The notes under the pieces were generated by a model, which was not told where the DNA came from, made no database searches, and saw only the letters and a list, made by a program, of their open reading frames with translations. Both the position numbers and the translations under genes were made by a program. Below are positions 20,934 to 31,623 of a DNA stretch of 32,315 bases, piece after piece; the first letter of the stretch is position 1; every line of letters starts with the position of its first letter. Source of the DNA: Phyllobates terribilis (lineage: Eukaryota); contig NW_027362771.1 in assembly GCF_046119375.1 (NCBI RefSeq), positions 333,963,686 through 333,996,000 of the forward strand, in the 5' to 3' direction.

Positions 20934-21666
20934 TGTCACGCTCGCTTGTGACGTACGTGGTTTGTGGACCCACTGTGCCACGGGACCAAGCTTGGCTATG
21001 AGAGGCATAGCTAAGTGGCTACCTGGTGTTCACTGGAGATCCTGATGGTGGAGTCAGGCTTGAGCTGCAGGTGCCGCCAGGTACCACTCCTAAGCAATCA
21101 CCGATACTACAACTACCAATCCCAGGGGTCAGGTTCGCTGGACGTGGACATGCACGGGAGTGGGGTCACAGACAGGAAGGATTCGGAGACTGGCAGACAG
21201 TATGGACAATGTGGACTTCGAGGACAGGTTCTTGTTCAGACACACAAGTCTCAGGAAACGGTTCAGGTATCGCCAAGGTGGCTTCAGGGTCACGTATAAA
21301 CTACACAGGACTACAGGAACAATATAGGATAGGGAAATAACTATATTAGACTAAGTACGGGGGACCTGGCAACATACAGTTGCACACACAATATCACTAA
21401 CAAATTATAGGGGTTGCTCAGGCACCCCCTATTGGGGAGGGTGCCTTTTATACAAAAAGGGAGGCATCTTTGCAGGTGCGTGCACAGCCCCTTTAAGAGC
21501 AGGGGAGGGATCGCGCGGACTAGGCGCACCTTCGGAAATCTGTGCGGCGCTCATAGGAGACAAAGAAGCATAAGGATGCTGCCACAGCCAGGGCGCTTAG
21601 TATGCCGGCGTCACAGCATGCAGGATGGAGGGGAACAATGCGTGGGTACTGGCAATGGGTGTTACA
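20934..21666 (-). repeat. 3' LTR (733 bp) of the decayed Gypsy
   Basis: TGTCAC...GTTACA termini; adjacent PPT; minus-strand TATAAAA at 21452-21446. Confidence 0.8.
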
Positions 21667-22945
21667 GTCCCCCCCTTATTCTCCCTCTTCTTCAGGCCCA
21701 CAAGGACTCACTTACGCCCATATGGAGCCAGATTCTTCTTCTTGAACTCCCATGATCTCTCATCAGGATAACGTTCTCTCCAAGCCAATGGAAGAAAGGT
21801 TACATCTTCCACCTTCTTCTTGGCCAGGATGCTTCTCACCGACATCATCGGAGCAGAGTGGAGCGAGTGTGGCAACAGGAATCTTGAATTGCTGAGTCTC
21901 TATTAGTCCGGCAACACTAGCTATCCCCTTGGAAGAAATTAAACTGGGATTCCCCCTCCTGGTTAGTAGATAGAAGAGACTCAGAATATGCCTTCGCCTT
22001 GATGTTCTCATCCTGCAATCACCGGAGCCAGAAAATACCTTCTCTGGGTCTTTTTTCAAATTGGTCTCACCGAGGATACGTCCTTGAGGTGAAGGGGTTC
22101 CAGGAAACAGGTCCTTGGAACAATCATGGAAACAGTGTGGAGATATCGCCTCTGCTTCCCTTCTCTCAGAGATGTCACTACACAAGGAATCGGCGACAAG
22201 TAGACCGGGTGGAGAAGATGGCAACACTAGCAGCCGAGCTGGACAAAGAGGGACCAGGCATCAGACACTTCTTGTAACACGACTGTCCCCAACAAAGCAC
22301 CTCTCCGGACCTCCAATCTAGCACAGGCTCATGAGTTCTCAGCCATGGAAGACCTAAAAGAAGTCACTAAAATATATCAGACAGCACATGGAAAGCAATT
22401 TTCTCCGAATGCAATGCTCCTTTCTGGAGCTCTACTGGTTCCGTGATGACTTAATTGACTTTGGATAGGTCCTTTCCTTCAATGGATGATACTCTCAGCT
22501 GATTCTGGAGGCATTGGATGGGAATCTGATACCGGTCCACCACGGCCTGCTGTAAGAAATTTCCCGCCGAACCGGAGTCCAGATAAGCTGTTTTGATGAA
22601 CTGGAAACCTCCACAGGACACGCATACGTTCAAAGTCAGCGGTGAAGAATCTCCACTCACACCCAGGGAAGCTTCACCTATAGGCCCTAGGTTTTGGAGT
22701 TTTTCAGACCTCTCAGGATAGCTACGAATTAAGTGCTCTGCACTACCGCAGTCGAAGCACACTCCCTTGGCACGACCACGTTCCGGCTGCTGCTCTGCAA
22801 GCCTAACACAATTGATCTGCATGAGTTATGTTCCGGACAACATCCTCCCCAGAGCCTGGAAGAGGTCATTTATATAAAGTGATAAAAGATGATTTCTCAA
22901 CAACAAGGCATCTGATATGAGGCATACAGATAGGACTATATCCAG
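20934..22945 (-). mobile_element. Decayed, internally deleted Gypsy/chromovirus (3' LTR plus remnant interior; 5' LTR absent)
   Basis: Gag PMQI and CFDCGSAEH knuckle; protease AYLDSGS; pre-RT segment (SPPGL...PHCFHDC...PQGRI); chromodomain remnant VRSILAKKK...DERSWE; PPT at ~21669-21690. Confidence 0.75.
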
Positions 22946-22949
22946 CATT

Positions 22950-23010
22950 CTGTAGGCTGTATGCCCATCTTAATATTTTAGATAGGTCAAATGTGACAGA
23001 TTCCCTTTAA
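22950..23010. mobile_element. Short T2/Kolobok-type right terminus
   Basis: tgacagattccct|TTAA at 22994-23010. Confidence 0.5.
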
Positions 23011-23012
23011 TA

Positions 23013-23271
23013 AAACCAGGGGAGGAGTCCTGAGGAGATAATTTGCATATTCCCACTGCATTTTGGGGTAAGTGAAGAGTCTCCGCGAGCTCAAAGAACA
23101 CTGGATTTTGGCTGTTGGAGCTGAAAAGAGGACATCGGTAAACCAGGGGAGGAGTCCTGAGGAGATAATTTGCATATTCCCACTGCATTTTGGGGTAAGT
23201 GAAGAGTCTCCGCGAGCTCAAAGAACACTGGATTTTGGCTGTTGGAGCTGAAAAGAGGACATCGGTAAACC
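23013..23271 (+). repeat. Two identical 127-bp tandem monomers at the CR1 5' end, each with an octamer ATTTGCAT
   Basis: ggagataatttgcat at 23034 and 23161; copies identical by eye; octamers at 23041-23048 and 23168-23175. Confidence 0.9.
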
Positions 23272-23338
23272 GCGCGCCATTTTGAAGCTTTTTTTTTTAA
23301 GCTTTTTTCACTGTTTTCAGAACATTAACAATAAGAAC

Positions 23339-24301
23339 ATGGAAGAGTCCAGGAGCCATTTGGTGAGCTGCATATCCTGCTACATGTTCACAGACTGGCC
23401 AGTGGAAAAGCCAAACTTCACATGCCAGAAATGCAAGCTTGTGTCCCTGTTGGAGGAAAAGTTGCGAAATCTAGAAGAGAGGTTAACTACCTTGAAAATC
23501 ATTAAGGAAGGTGAAGAGTTCTTAGACAGAGCAGAATTATCTCTTCATGATTCAGAAAGAGAAGAAATTCGAACTGCACCTGACGAAACAGAGGAATGGA
23601 AGCATGTGACCCACAGAAGCAGGAGGATCGAGAGGCAGTCAGCACCCATACTGCTCAGGAACCAGTACCAGGCTCTCACGCAGGAGAACCATGAAGAAAT
23701 ACAGCAAAATAAGACTTTGCCAGCAATGAATAACCTTGTAAGCCCTCAGAATCCTCCTGGATGGAGAAAGAAGAATGTTGTGAAGAAAAAACGGAGAGTG
23801 GTGGTCATGGGGGATTCCCTGTTAAGAGGAACAGAGGCCGCTATCTGCAGACCAGACATAACCTCAAGAGAAATGTGCTGTCTTCCAGGAGCAAAAATTA
23901 AAGATGTGTCTGACAGGATATCAAGACTCTTCAGACCTACAGATCACTACCCATTCCTGCTAATACATGTGGGGACAAATGACACCGCAAGAAAGGACCT
24001 GGAAACCATCTGCAGTGACTTTGAAGACTTAGGCAAGAAAGTGAAAGAATTGGGAGCGCAGGTGGTCTTCTCATCCATCCTCCCAGTGGATGGCCATGGA
24101 ACAATGAGGTGGAATAAGATTCTACAGGTGAACAACTGGCTACGTCGATGGTGCCGTCAACAAGGATTTGGATTTCTGGATCACGGAATGAATTACCTAT
24201 ACGATGGACTACTTGCTAGAGATGGGGTGCACCTTACGAAGACTGGAAAACATGTATTTGGAAGTCGCCTTGCTACACTCATCAGAAGAGCTTTAAACTA
24301 G
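23339..24301 (+). CDS. CR1 ORF1p (CX2CX14CX2C zinc finger, coiled coil, SGNH esterase), 320 aa
   Basis: CISC-X14-CQKC; LEEKLRNLEERL; GDSL, GTND and DGVH esterase blocks all intact; first ATG at 23339. Confidence 0.92.
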   Translation: MEESRSHLVSCISCYMFTDWPVEKPNFTCQKCKLVSLLEEKLRNLEERLTTLKIIKEGEEFLDRAELSLHDSEREEIRTAPDETEEWKHVTHRSRRIERQSAPILLRNQYQALTQENHEEIQQNKTLPAMNNLVSPQNPPGWRKKNVVKKKRRVVVMGDSLLRGTEAAICRPDITSREMCCLPGAKIKDVSDRISRLFRPTDHYPFLLIHVGTNDTARKDLETICSDFEDLGKKVKELGAQVVFSSILPVDGHGTMRWNKILQVNNWLRRWCRQQGFGFLDHGMNYLYDGLLARDGVHLTKTGKHVFGSRLATLIRRALN

Positions 24302-24423
24302 AACAATGTGGGAAGGGAAGCAAAAGGCCAGAAAAAGCCATACAGCTGACAAATACTATTGAGATCTCTGCTACTGGAAGTGGAAAGGAAGAACAAAGAC
24401 AAAACAATTTAAATAATAAAAAT

Positions 24424-27213
24424 ATGGGAGGAAGAGAAACCAATCACAAACTAAAATGTTTTTATACAAATGCACAAAGCATGGGCAACAAACAAGGAGA
24501 ATTGGAACTACTAATGCAGGAAAAGGAATATGATGTCATTGGAATCACTGAAACTTGGTGGGACGATACACATGATTGGAATAAAAGGCTAAAAGGATAC
24601 AACTTATTTGCAAGAAACAGACTTGATAAACGAGGAGGAGGTGTTGCATTGTATGTTAGAAAAGCGTATATCTGCACAGAGATTGAAGCTTCAGAGACTG
24701 GGAGTTCTGTGGAAACTGTTTGGGTAAGAATACAAGGAGAGAACAACGGAAAGGACACCATTGTAGGCATTTACTACAGGCCACCTGGGCAAGCTGAAGA
24801 TATGGATGAACTCTTTATGTATCAAATGACCAAGTTCTCCAAAAAATATGACGTAGTGGTCATGGGAGATTTCAACTATCCAGACATTTGTTGGGAATCT
24901 CTCTCAAGTAAAACTAACAGGTCAAGCAAATTCTTATCCTCTCTTGCTGACAACTTTATCTTCCAAAAGGTAGGGGAGAAAACAAGGGGATCTGCTACTT
25001 TGGATCTAATCCTTATAAACAGGGAGGAAATGGTTGAGGAGGTAAAGGTGGCTGGGACCCTAGGAGGCAGCGATCATGCTATTATAGAATTTTGGATAAC
25101 TAGAGGAGGAAGACATGTGAAGACTCAGACTTCAAGGTTAGATTTTAGAAAGGCAGATTTTAAGAGACTCAGAAAGAGAATAGGAGGGATCCAATGGCTG
25201 GATGTCCTTAAGGACAAAAATGTCCAGGAAGGATGGGAAATTTTTAAAAATGAGATTCTCAAAGCACAATCGTTAACAATCCCGAAAAGTAGGAAGAATG
25301 GGAAGCATTTAAGGAAACCAGGATGGATGAACACAGAACTTAAACACATGCTAAAAAGAAAGAAAGAAATGTTTATTAAATGGAAAGAGGGAGGCATATC
25401 TAAAGAAGATTATAATGCAGTCTGCAGATCCTGTAGGGCACGTATCAGGTTAGCTAAAGCTGACAATGAATTAAGGCTTGCAAGAGATGTCAAAAGCAAT
25501 AAAAAAGGATTTTGGGGGTATGTCAAAAGTAAAAGAAAAGTCAAAGATGCTATAGGATTTTTACAGGATGAAAATGGAGAAATGGTAAGAGAGGATGTTG
25601 AGAAGGCCGAACTTTTTAATTCCTATTTTGCATCTGTTTTCTCTCAGAAAGAAAATGTAACATCAGCTGATCTTCACTGTCCTTTTAAAGGAATAGAGGA
25701 ATCCAAGTTATCTGTAAACAGAAAGATTGTGAGGGAATATTTAGCTAACATAAATGAGTTCAAGTCTCCAGGTCCAGATGAATTACACCCCAGAGTACTG
25801 AAGGAGATCGTAGAAGAAATTTTAGAACCACTCTCCATAATCTTTGAAAATTCTTGGAGAACAGGAGAAGTCCCAGAAGACTGGAGAAGAGCAAATGTTG
25901 TTCCTATCTTCAAAAAGGGGAAGAAGGTGGACCCAGGGAACTATAGGCCGGTGAGTCTGACTTCTATACCAGGAAAGATCTTTGAACAAATTATTAAACA
26001 ACATGTATGTAAGTACATGGATAAGAATGAAGTGATTAACCAGAGTCAGCATGGGTTTGTAACTAACAAGTCATGTCAGACTAACTTAATTTCCTTCTAT
26101 GACAGAATCACTGACTGGGTGGATCAGGGAAATGCAGTAGATATAGTATATCTTGACTTCAGCAAAGCATTTGACAAAGTATCTCACACCATCCTTATTG
26201 AAAAAATGACCAAGTATGCAATGGACCAGGCAACTGTTAGGTGGATTCATAACTGGCTTAGTGATCGGACTCAAAGGGTGGTTGTAAATGGCTTCACATC
26301 CAGCTGGATGAATGTCTCAAGTGGGGTACCACAGGGCTCCGTCCTGGGACCTGTATTGTTCAACATCTTTATCAATGATTTAGATGAAGGAATTGAGGGT
26401 AAACTGATTAAATTTGCTGATGACACAAAGCTAGGAGGGATAGCTAATACTAGAGAAGAGAGAGAGAGGATTCAAAAAGACCTAAATAAACTGGAGCAGT
26501 GGGCAGCAACCAACAGAATGGTTTTTAACAGGGAAAAATGCAAAGTACTACATCTGGGCAATAAAAATGAAAAAAGCATATACAGAATGGGAGGAATAGA
26601 GCTAAGCAACAGTACATGTGAAAAAGACTTAGGTATACTAATAGATCATAGACTGAACATGAGTCAACAGTGTGATGCAGCAGCAAAAAAGGCAAATACA
26701 ATTCTGGGATGTATTAACAGAAGCATACAGTCTAGATCACGTGAAGTCATTATCGGTCTTTACTCCTCTTTGGTCAGACCTCATCTGGAATACTGTGTAC
26801 AGTTTTGGGCACCACATTTTAAAAAAGACATAGACAAACTGTAGCAAGTTCAGAGAAGAGCGACCAGAATGGTGACTGGTCTGCAAACCATGTCCTATGA
26901 GGAATGGTTGCAGGATTTGGGAATGTTTAGCTTGCAAAAAAGAAGACTGAGAGGAGACTTAATAGCTGTCTACAAATATGTCAAGGGCTGTCACATTGTA
27001 GAAGGATCATCTTTATTCTCATTTGCACAAGGAAAGACTAGAAGCAATGGGATGAAACTAAATGGGAGGAGACACAGATTAGATATTAGAAAAAACTTTT
27101 TGACAGTTAGGGTGATTAATGAGTGGAACAGGCTGCCACGAGAGGTGGTGAGTTCCCCTTCAATGGACGTCTTCAAACAGAGGCTGGACAGACATCTGTC
27201 TGAGATGATCTAG
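24424..27213 (+). pseudogene. CR1 ORF2 (APE + RT) with a single premature stop at 26842-26844
   Basis: TNAQS, ITETW, YRPP, GDFN, SDH; PGPD, YRPVSLT, QHGF, DFSKAFD, PQGSVLGP, FADD. After the TAG the same frame continues QVQRRATRM...HLSEMI* (122 aa). Confidence 0.93.
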
Positions 27214-27275
27214 TGAATCCTGCTTTGAGCAGGGGGTTGGACCAGATGACGCATGAGGTCCCTTCCAACTCTACC

Positions 27276-27302
27276 ATTTTATGATTCTATGATTCTATGA
27301 TT
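27276..27302 (+). repeat. CR1 3' tail (ATTYTATG)n
   Basis: attttatg attctatg attctatg att; the octamer tail is characteristic of CR1. Confidence 0.9.
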
Positions 27303-27306
27303 TTTA

Positions 27307-27580
27307 ATACACCTGGTGTGGGAATGTCTGAATATTAAGGAATACTGTAAGGAGGTCATCGACTTAGTAATACAAGTATATGGAGTCCACATACAATCAG
27401 ATTTGAGGATTTTTATCCTGGGCCTCTGGGGTGAGTTAATCTGGATTCCCATTAAGTGATAGACATCTCTTGTATACTATTCCTGCTGCTCTATTGTTAC
27501 AGGAACTGAAGTAAAAAATAAATAATACCATACCCTTAGGAAAAAAAATACAAAAAATGAACGGGGTCCATGGATAGACT
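27307..27580 (+). pseudogene. L1 ORF2 C-terminal remnant
   Basis: IHLVWECLNIKEYCKEVIDLVIQVYG...RIFILGL resembles the L1-clade C-terminal H..W.C...FW..V...ILG segment. Confidence 0.5.
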
Positions 27581-30064
27581 CTCCAGGTATTGCATCTAAC
27601 TTACTATTGAAAGATAGAATGATGGATTGGCTGCCCTTCTCCACAATGTATTGTGGGATTTCTACTCACCTGAGTGCGTTGGGAGGCAAAACAGGAAGTG
27701 CTTCCATTTAAAGGTCCATTCTGGTTTATTGCAGTGTCATAAACCAGCCATAAGCTAAGAAAAATACATGGCCTTAGTTCAGGAAAACAAAGTAAACAGT
27801 TCTTTTCGCAAAGTCTCTTGAGAGCCAGTCCTGGTCACATAGGCTGGATAGCATCCAGTACACCGGTTCAGTTTGGAGATATCATACAGGAGGACCTCTT
27901 CACACAGAGACCATGTACCGAACAATGGCCTCCATTTTAACTTGTTAACCACACCCAGAGGTGAGGTATGTGGGCAGCGAGACCCGCCCATCTCTCCGAC
28001 TACCCCTAAAACCTGGCCCAGATGCACCAAACAATCCTCTTAGCGCTTATGTAGAGCAATATTCCAGGATTACATCACTGATAACAAACATCTCTGTGAT
28101 ACATACCTCCCATCAACTATGTGTCCGTGAGCTACCTTACAGTATACTCAGTGCTAATGAGGAGTTATACTAAATCTTTCCTGCTTACTCTATATCAGGC
28201 TCTTGGGTGTGCTCTCCCTTGTGCCATATGTCCTACACATAGCTGAAGGTTTTGATCCTTGTAGTCCTCATTCTATATTTTAAATATCCAGTTATTACAG
28301 AGCTTGTATGTAGGATTTTGTTTAGTATACCTCTATAGTAATTTTAATTGTGCATGGGCGGGTCGGGAGTAAAATATGTACTTTGCTGTATATGTTTATA
28401 TATCATAATGGTGATAATTGTAGATTTATGGTCCCTGCTTTTGGGGTTTTATCTTTTTTTTTCCTCTTTTTGTTTTTCTGTATTATTTACTCTGTTTAGT
28501 TCTTGTAAAGGTGCTGGATACAGTCCTAGTAGACCTCAGAGTATAATGCACATCTTTTTGGTTCAATTTGAGGATCTTGAATGCTTTCAATTCTAATTGA
28601 TTCATGGTAAATTTAATTTCAAGGAAAATTCTGCGAAGCTGGATAAATTGAATTTCAAAATATTCTCTCATCTCTACGCAAGAGATTTTCATGTTGTCAT
28701 GCATATAAAGGTAAAGGAAGCCTACTGACTGCAACAAAATGAAACAAAAGGTCGATTTAGGTACTCACGTTTCAGACAAAATGTTGAAGATAAGCTAGGT
28801 TTACCTGGTAAACTTCAAAGACCAATCATAGAGGTCACAAAAACACAGTTTCTTCATACCAATTTCTTGTTTCTTGTGTATTATGAGCAAACCTTTGGTC
28901 TGGTTGACCCTGACATTCTGTACCTCTGGAAACTTTGTGCCATGTTTGTGTTTCCACTCAGAGAGATCTCAGACTCAAAAGTTGCTATATTTGCCAAAAT
29001 TTTGTGTGATTTTTACCCAATGTTATCAAGTGAGGGTAAGATAGCACAGTTTGTTGTAACCAATATTTCTACTTGTTATAGATTTTTTTTTGTTATCTTC
29101 TACTTTTGGCAAGAAGCAATTGTCTCTGAATACATGTGACTTCTAGGAACGTTTTGGCAAGCGTTTCTACTTGTTAGCTAAGGCACTGTGGTCATAGTAT
29201 AAATAGAGAGGTAAAAGCGTTTAGTATTTGTTAACAATATCAGTTAAAATGTTATTTTAACATAATTATTTTATATTTTTACAGAAGCTAGACAACCTTT
29301 TGATCTGAATGAACACTATGTGATGCTTAAAACAGCCCTCCACTCTGGCAATGAAAAGTAACTATACATTTCTCATGTATAATCACTCTGGTGGCACAGG
29401 GAGTGCAGTGGAAAGTCTGAACCACATCTTCCTTGTATTGTGGGATGGAGAAGGCAGATGAAGCTTGGTTTAGACCAGGGGTGGGTAGTTCATTTTCTCG
29501 AAGGACCACATGAGAGACTGTGACTGTTGTGGAGGGCCAAACCAATAGGTTGAAATTAATTCTGCTCAATATTAATATTAACATATTAATTATAATTATT
29601 TTATTTACATATTAATTGTAGCACTTAATATTGCGCAGAATTAAGTATGCTGTCATCCCCTTATATATCTTATGAGCCCGCATACATCCCCCTATATGCC
29701 GTATGAGCCCACACACAGTCCCCTATATATAGTAAGAGCCCACACACAGTCCCTACATACAATATGAGCCCCCCACATAGTCCCTCTATATACAGTATGA
29801 GCCCCCACATAGCCCCCTGTATATAGTGTGAGCACCCACATAGCCTCTCTATACACAATATGAGCCCTCACATAACCCCCTTTATACAGTATTTTCCCCA
29901 CATAGCCCCTCTACATATAGTATAAGCCCCCACATAGCCCCCTGTATTGTGTGAGCACCCACATAGCCTCTCTATATACAATATGAGCCCTCACATATCC
30001 CCCTTTATACAGTATGAGCCCTCACATATTCACCTTTATACAGTATGAGCCCCCACATAGCCTG

Positions 30065-30710
30065 TGTCATGGGGATACCGCAACAGAGTGGGGCCAGAAG
30101 ATTGTGGCGTCCGGTTACACAAACTCCTGCACTTATTACAACTGCTTCACCATCCTACTAAATAGTACAGGTTTCCTTGCTGTCATGGCAGGGGTTAATC
30201 AGTTCAGTTGATCTCTGGGAGCTCTCCATCCTGGTTTGTCTCAGCTGCTCTGTGTTGGCTACTCCCCTCTGGTATATATGTTCGCCACTGGCACTTGGGA
30301 GTTGCCAGTGATAGTTCTACTTCCTGGTTTGGTGGTGAAGGAGAAAGTTCAGTGTTCGGAGTTGCGGGTGGAGAGCTTTTCTGGAGATTGCTGCGTGGAG
30401 TTGGTTTGCGTGTTTTTCCTTATGCTCTGTTTCCCACTCCTTTGTTTTGTCAGTGTATTTGTATGATGGTAGTTTTCTTTTATCCCTTTCTGTTAACCCT
30501 GTCTGTCTGGTTAGTTTTTTCCTATACACTTCAGCCCCTCACCTCCCTGGGTAGGGGAGTGATCAGATAAGGGTTAAATTAGGAGCATAGATAGGTACGA
30601 GAACCTGGCATCTCCACCTTCAGGAGTAATCCGGGGGAAAGGGATAGACTAGTGCGCTCCTAGTTTAAGGGATCAGGTAGGTGCCCACAGTCTCTAATCA
30701 CTATGTGACA
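30065..30710 (+). mobile_element. Solo LTR, copy 1 (646 bp)
   Basis: TGTCAT...GTGACA termini; flanks GCCTG/GCCTC; TATATA at 30273. Confidence 0.82.
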
Positions 30711-30980
30711 GCCTCTCTATATACAGTGTAAGCCTCCACATAGCCTCCTATATAAAGTGTGAGCCTTCTATATACATTATGAGCCTCGCATATCCTTTCT
30801 ATATACAATATGAGCCCTCACATAACCCCCTTTATACGGTATTTTCCCCACATAGCCCTCTATATATATTATAAGCCCCCACATAGCCCCCTGTATAGTG
30901 AGCACCTACATAGCCTCTCTATATTCAATATAAGCCCTCACATATTCACCTTTATACAGTATGAGCCCCCACATGGCCTC

Positions 30981-31623
30981 TGTTATGGGGATACCGCAAC
31001 AGAGTGGGGCCAGAAGATTGTGGCGTCCGGTTACACAAACTCCTGCACTTATTAGAACTGCTTCACCATCCTATTAAATAGTACAGGTTTCCTTGCTGTC
31101 ATGGCAGGGGTTAATCAGTTCAGTTGATCTCTGGGAGCTCTCCATCCTGGTTTGTCTCAGCTGCTCTGTGTTGGCTACTCCCCTCTGGTATATATGTTCA
31201 CCACTGGCACTTGGGAGTTGCCAGTGATAGTTCTACTTCCTGGTTTGGTGGTGAAGGAGAAAGTTCAGTGTTTGGAGTTGGCGATTGGAGAGCTTTTCTG
31301 GAGATTGCTGCGTGGAGTTGGTTTGCATGTTTTTGCTTATGCTATGTTTCCCAGTCTGTTGTTCTGTCAGTGTATTTGTATGATTGCAATTTTCTTTTAT
31401 CCCTGTCTGTTAACCCTGTCTGGTTAGTGTTTTCCTATACACTTCAACCCCTCACCTCCCTGGGTGTGGGAGGGATCAGATAAGGGTTAAGTTTGGAGCA
31501 TAGATAGGTAAGAGAACCCGACGTCTCCACCTTCAAGAGTAAACCGGGGGACAGGGATAGACTAGTGCGCTCCTAGTTCAAGGGATCTGGTAGGTGCCCA
31601 CAGTCCTTAATCGCTATGTTACA
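30981..31623 (+). mobile_element. Solo LTR, copy 2 (643 bp)
   Basis: TGTTAT...GTTACA termini; perfect TSD GCCTC (30976-30980 and 31624-31628); clearly homologous to copy 1. Confidence 0.85.

Larger units (their letters stand above)
23011..27302 (+). mobile_element. Near full-length CR1 LINE (5' UTR, ORF1, ORF2, 3' tail)
   Basis: zf/lz-esterase ORF1, APE-RT ORF2, CR1-type 3' UTR (gggttggaccagatgac...aggtcccttccaac) and (ATTCTATG)n tail. Confidence 0.95.

Noticed and set aside
22862-22900. Minus-strand LLSLYINDL resembling a LINE RT motif
   Set aside because: Isolated; position and flanking residues fit decayed Gypsy gag upstream of the PMQI motif equally well.
2911-23010. Exact inverted 17-mers (ttaaagggaatctgtca at 2911; reverse complement at 22994-23010) as ends of one 20-kb element
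   Set aside because: Subterminal sequences differ beyond the 17 bp; this terminus is shared by abundant T2/Kolobok-type families.
27343-27349. Third TACTGTA footprint candidate
   Set aside because: The L1 remnant reads in frame without removing bases (Y-C-K from Y/F-W-K); a point change explains it.
29260-29375. Strong-looking acceptor (tattttatatttttacag)
   Set aside because: Downstream frames close quickly or give no recognisable protein, and there is no good donor.
30065-31623. Two LTRs with a 270-bp spacer read as one TRIM-like element
   Set aside because: Each LTR has its own TSD, the spacer is plain satellite without PBS or PPT, and the flanks are duplicated too.
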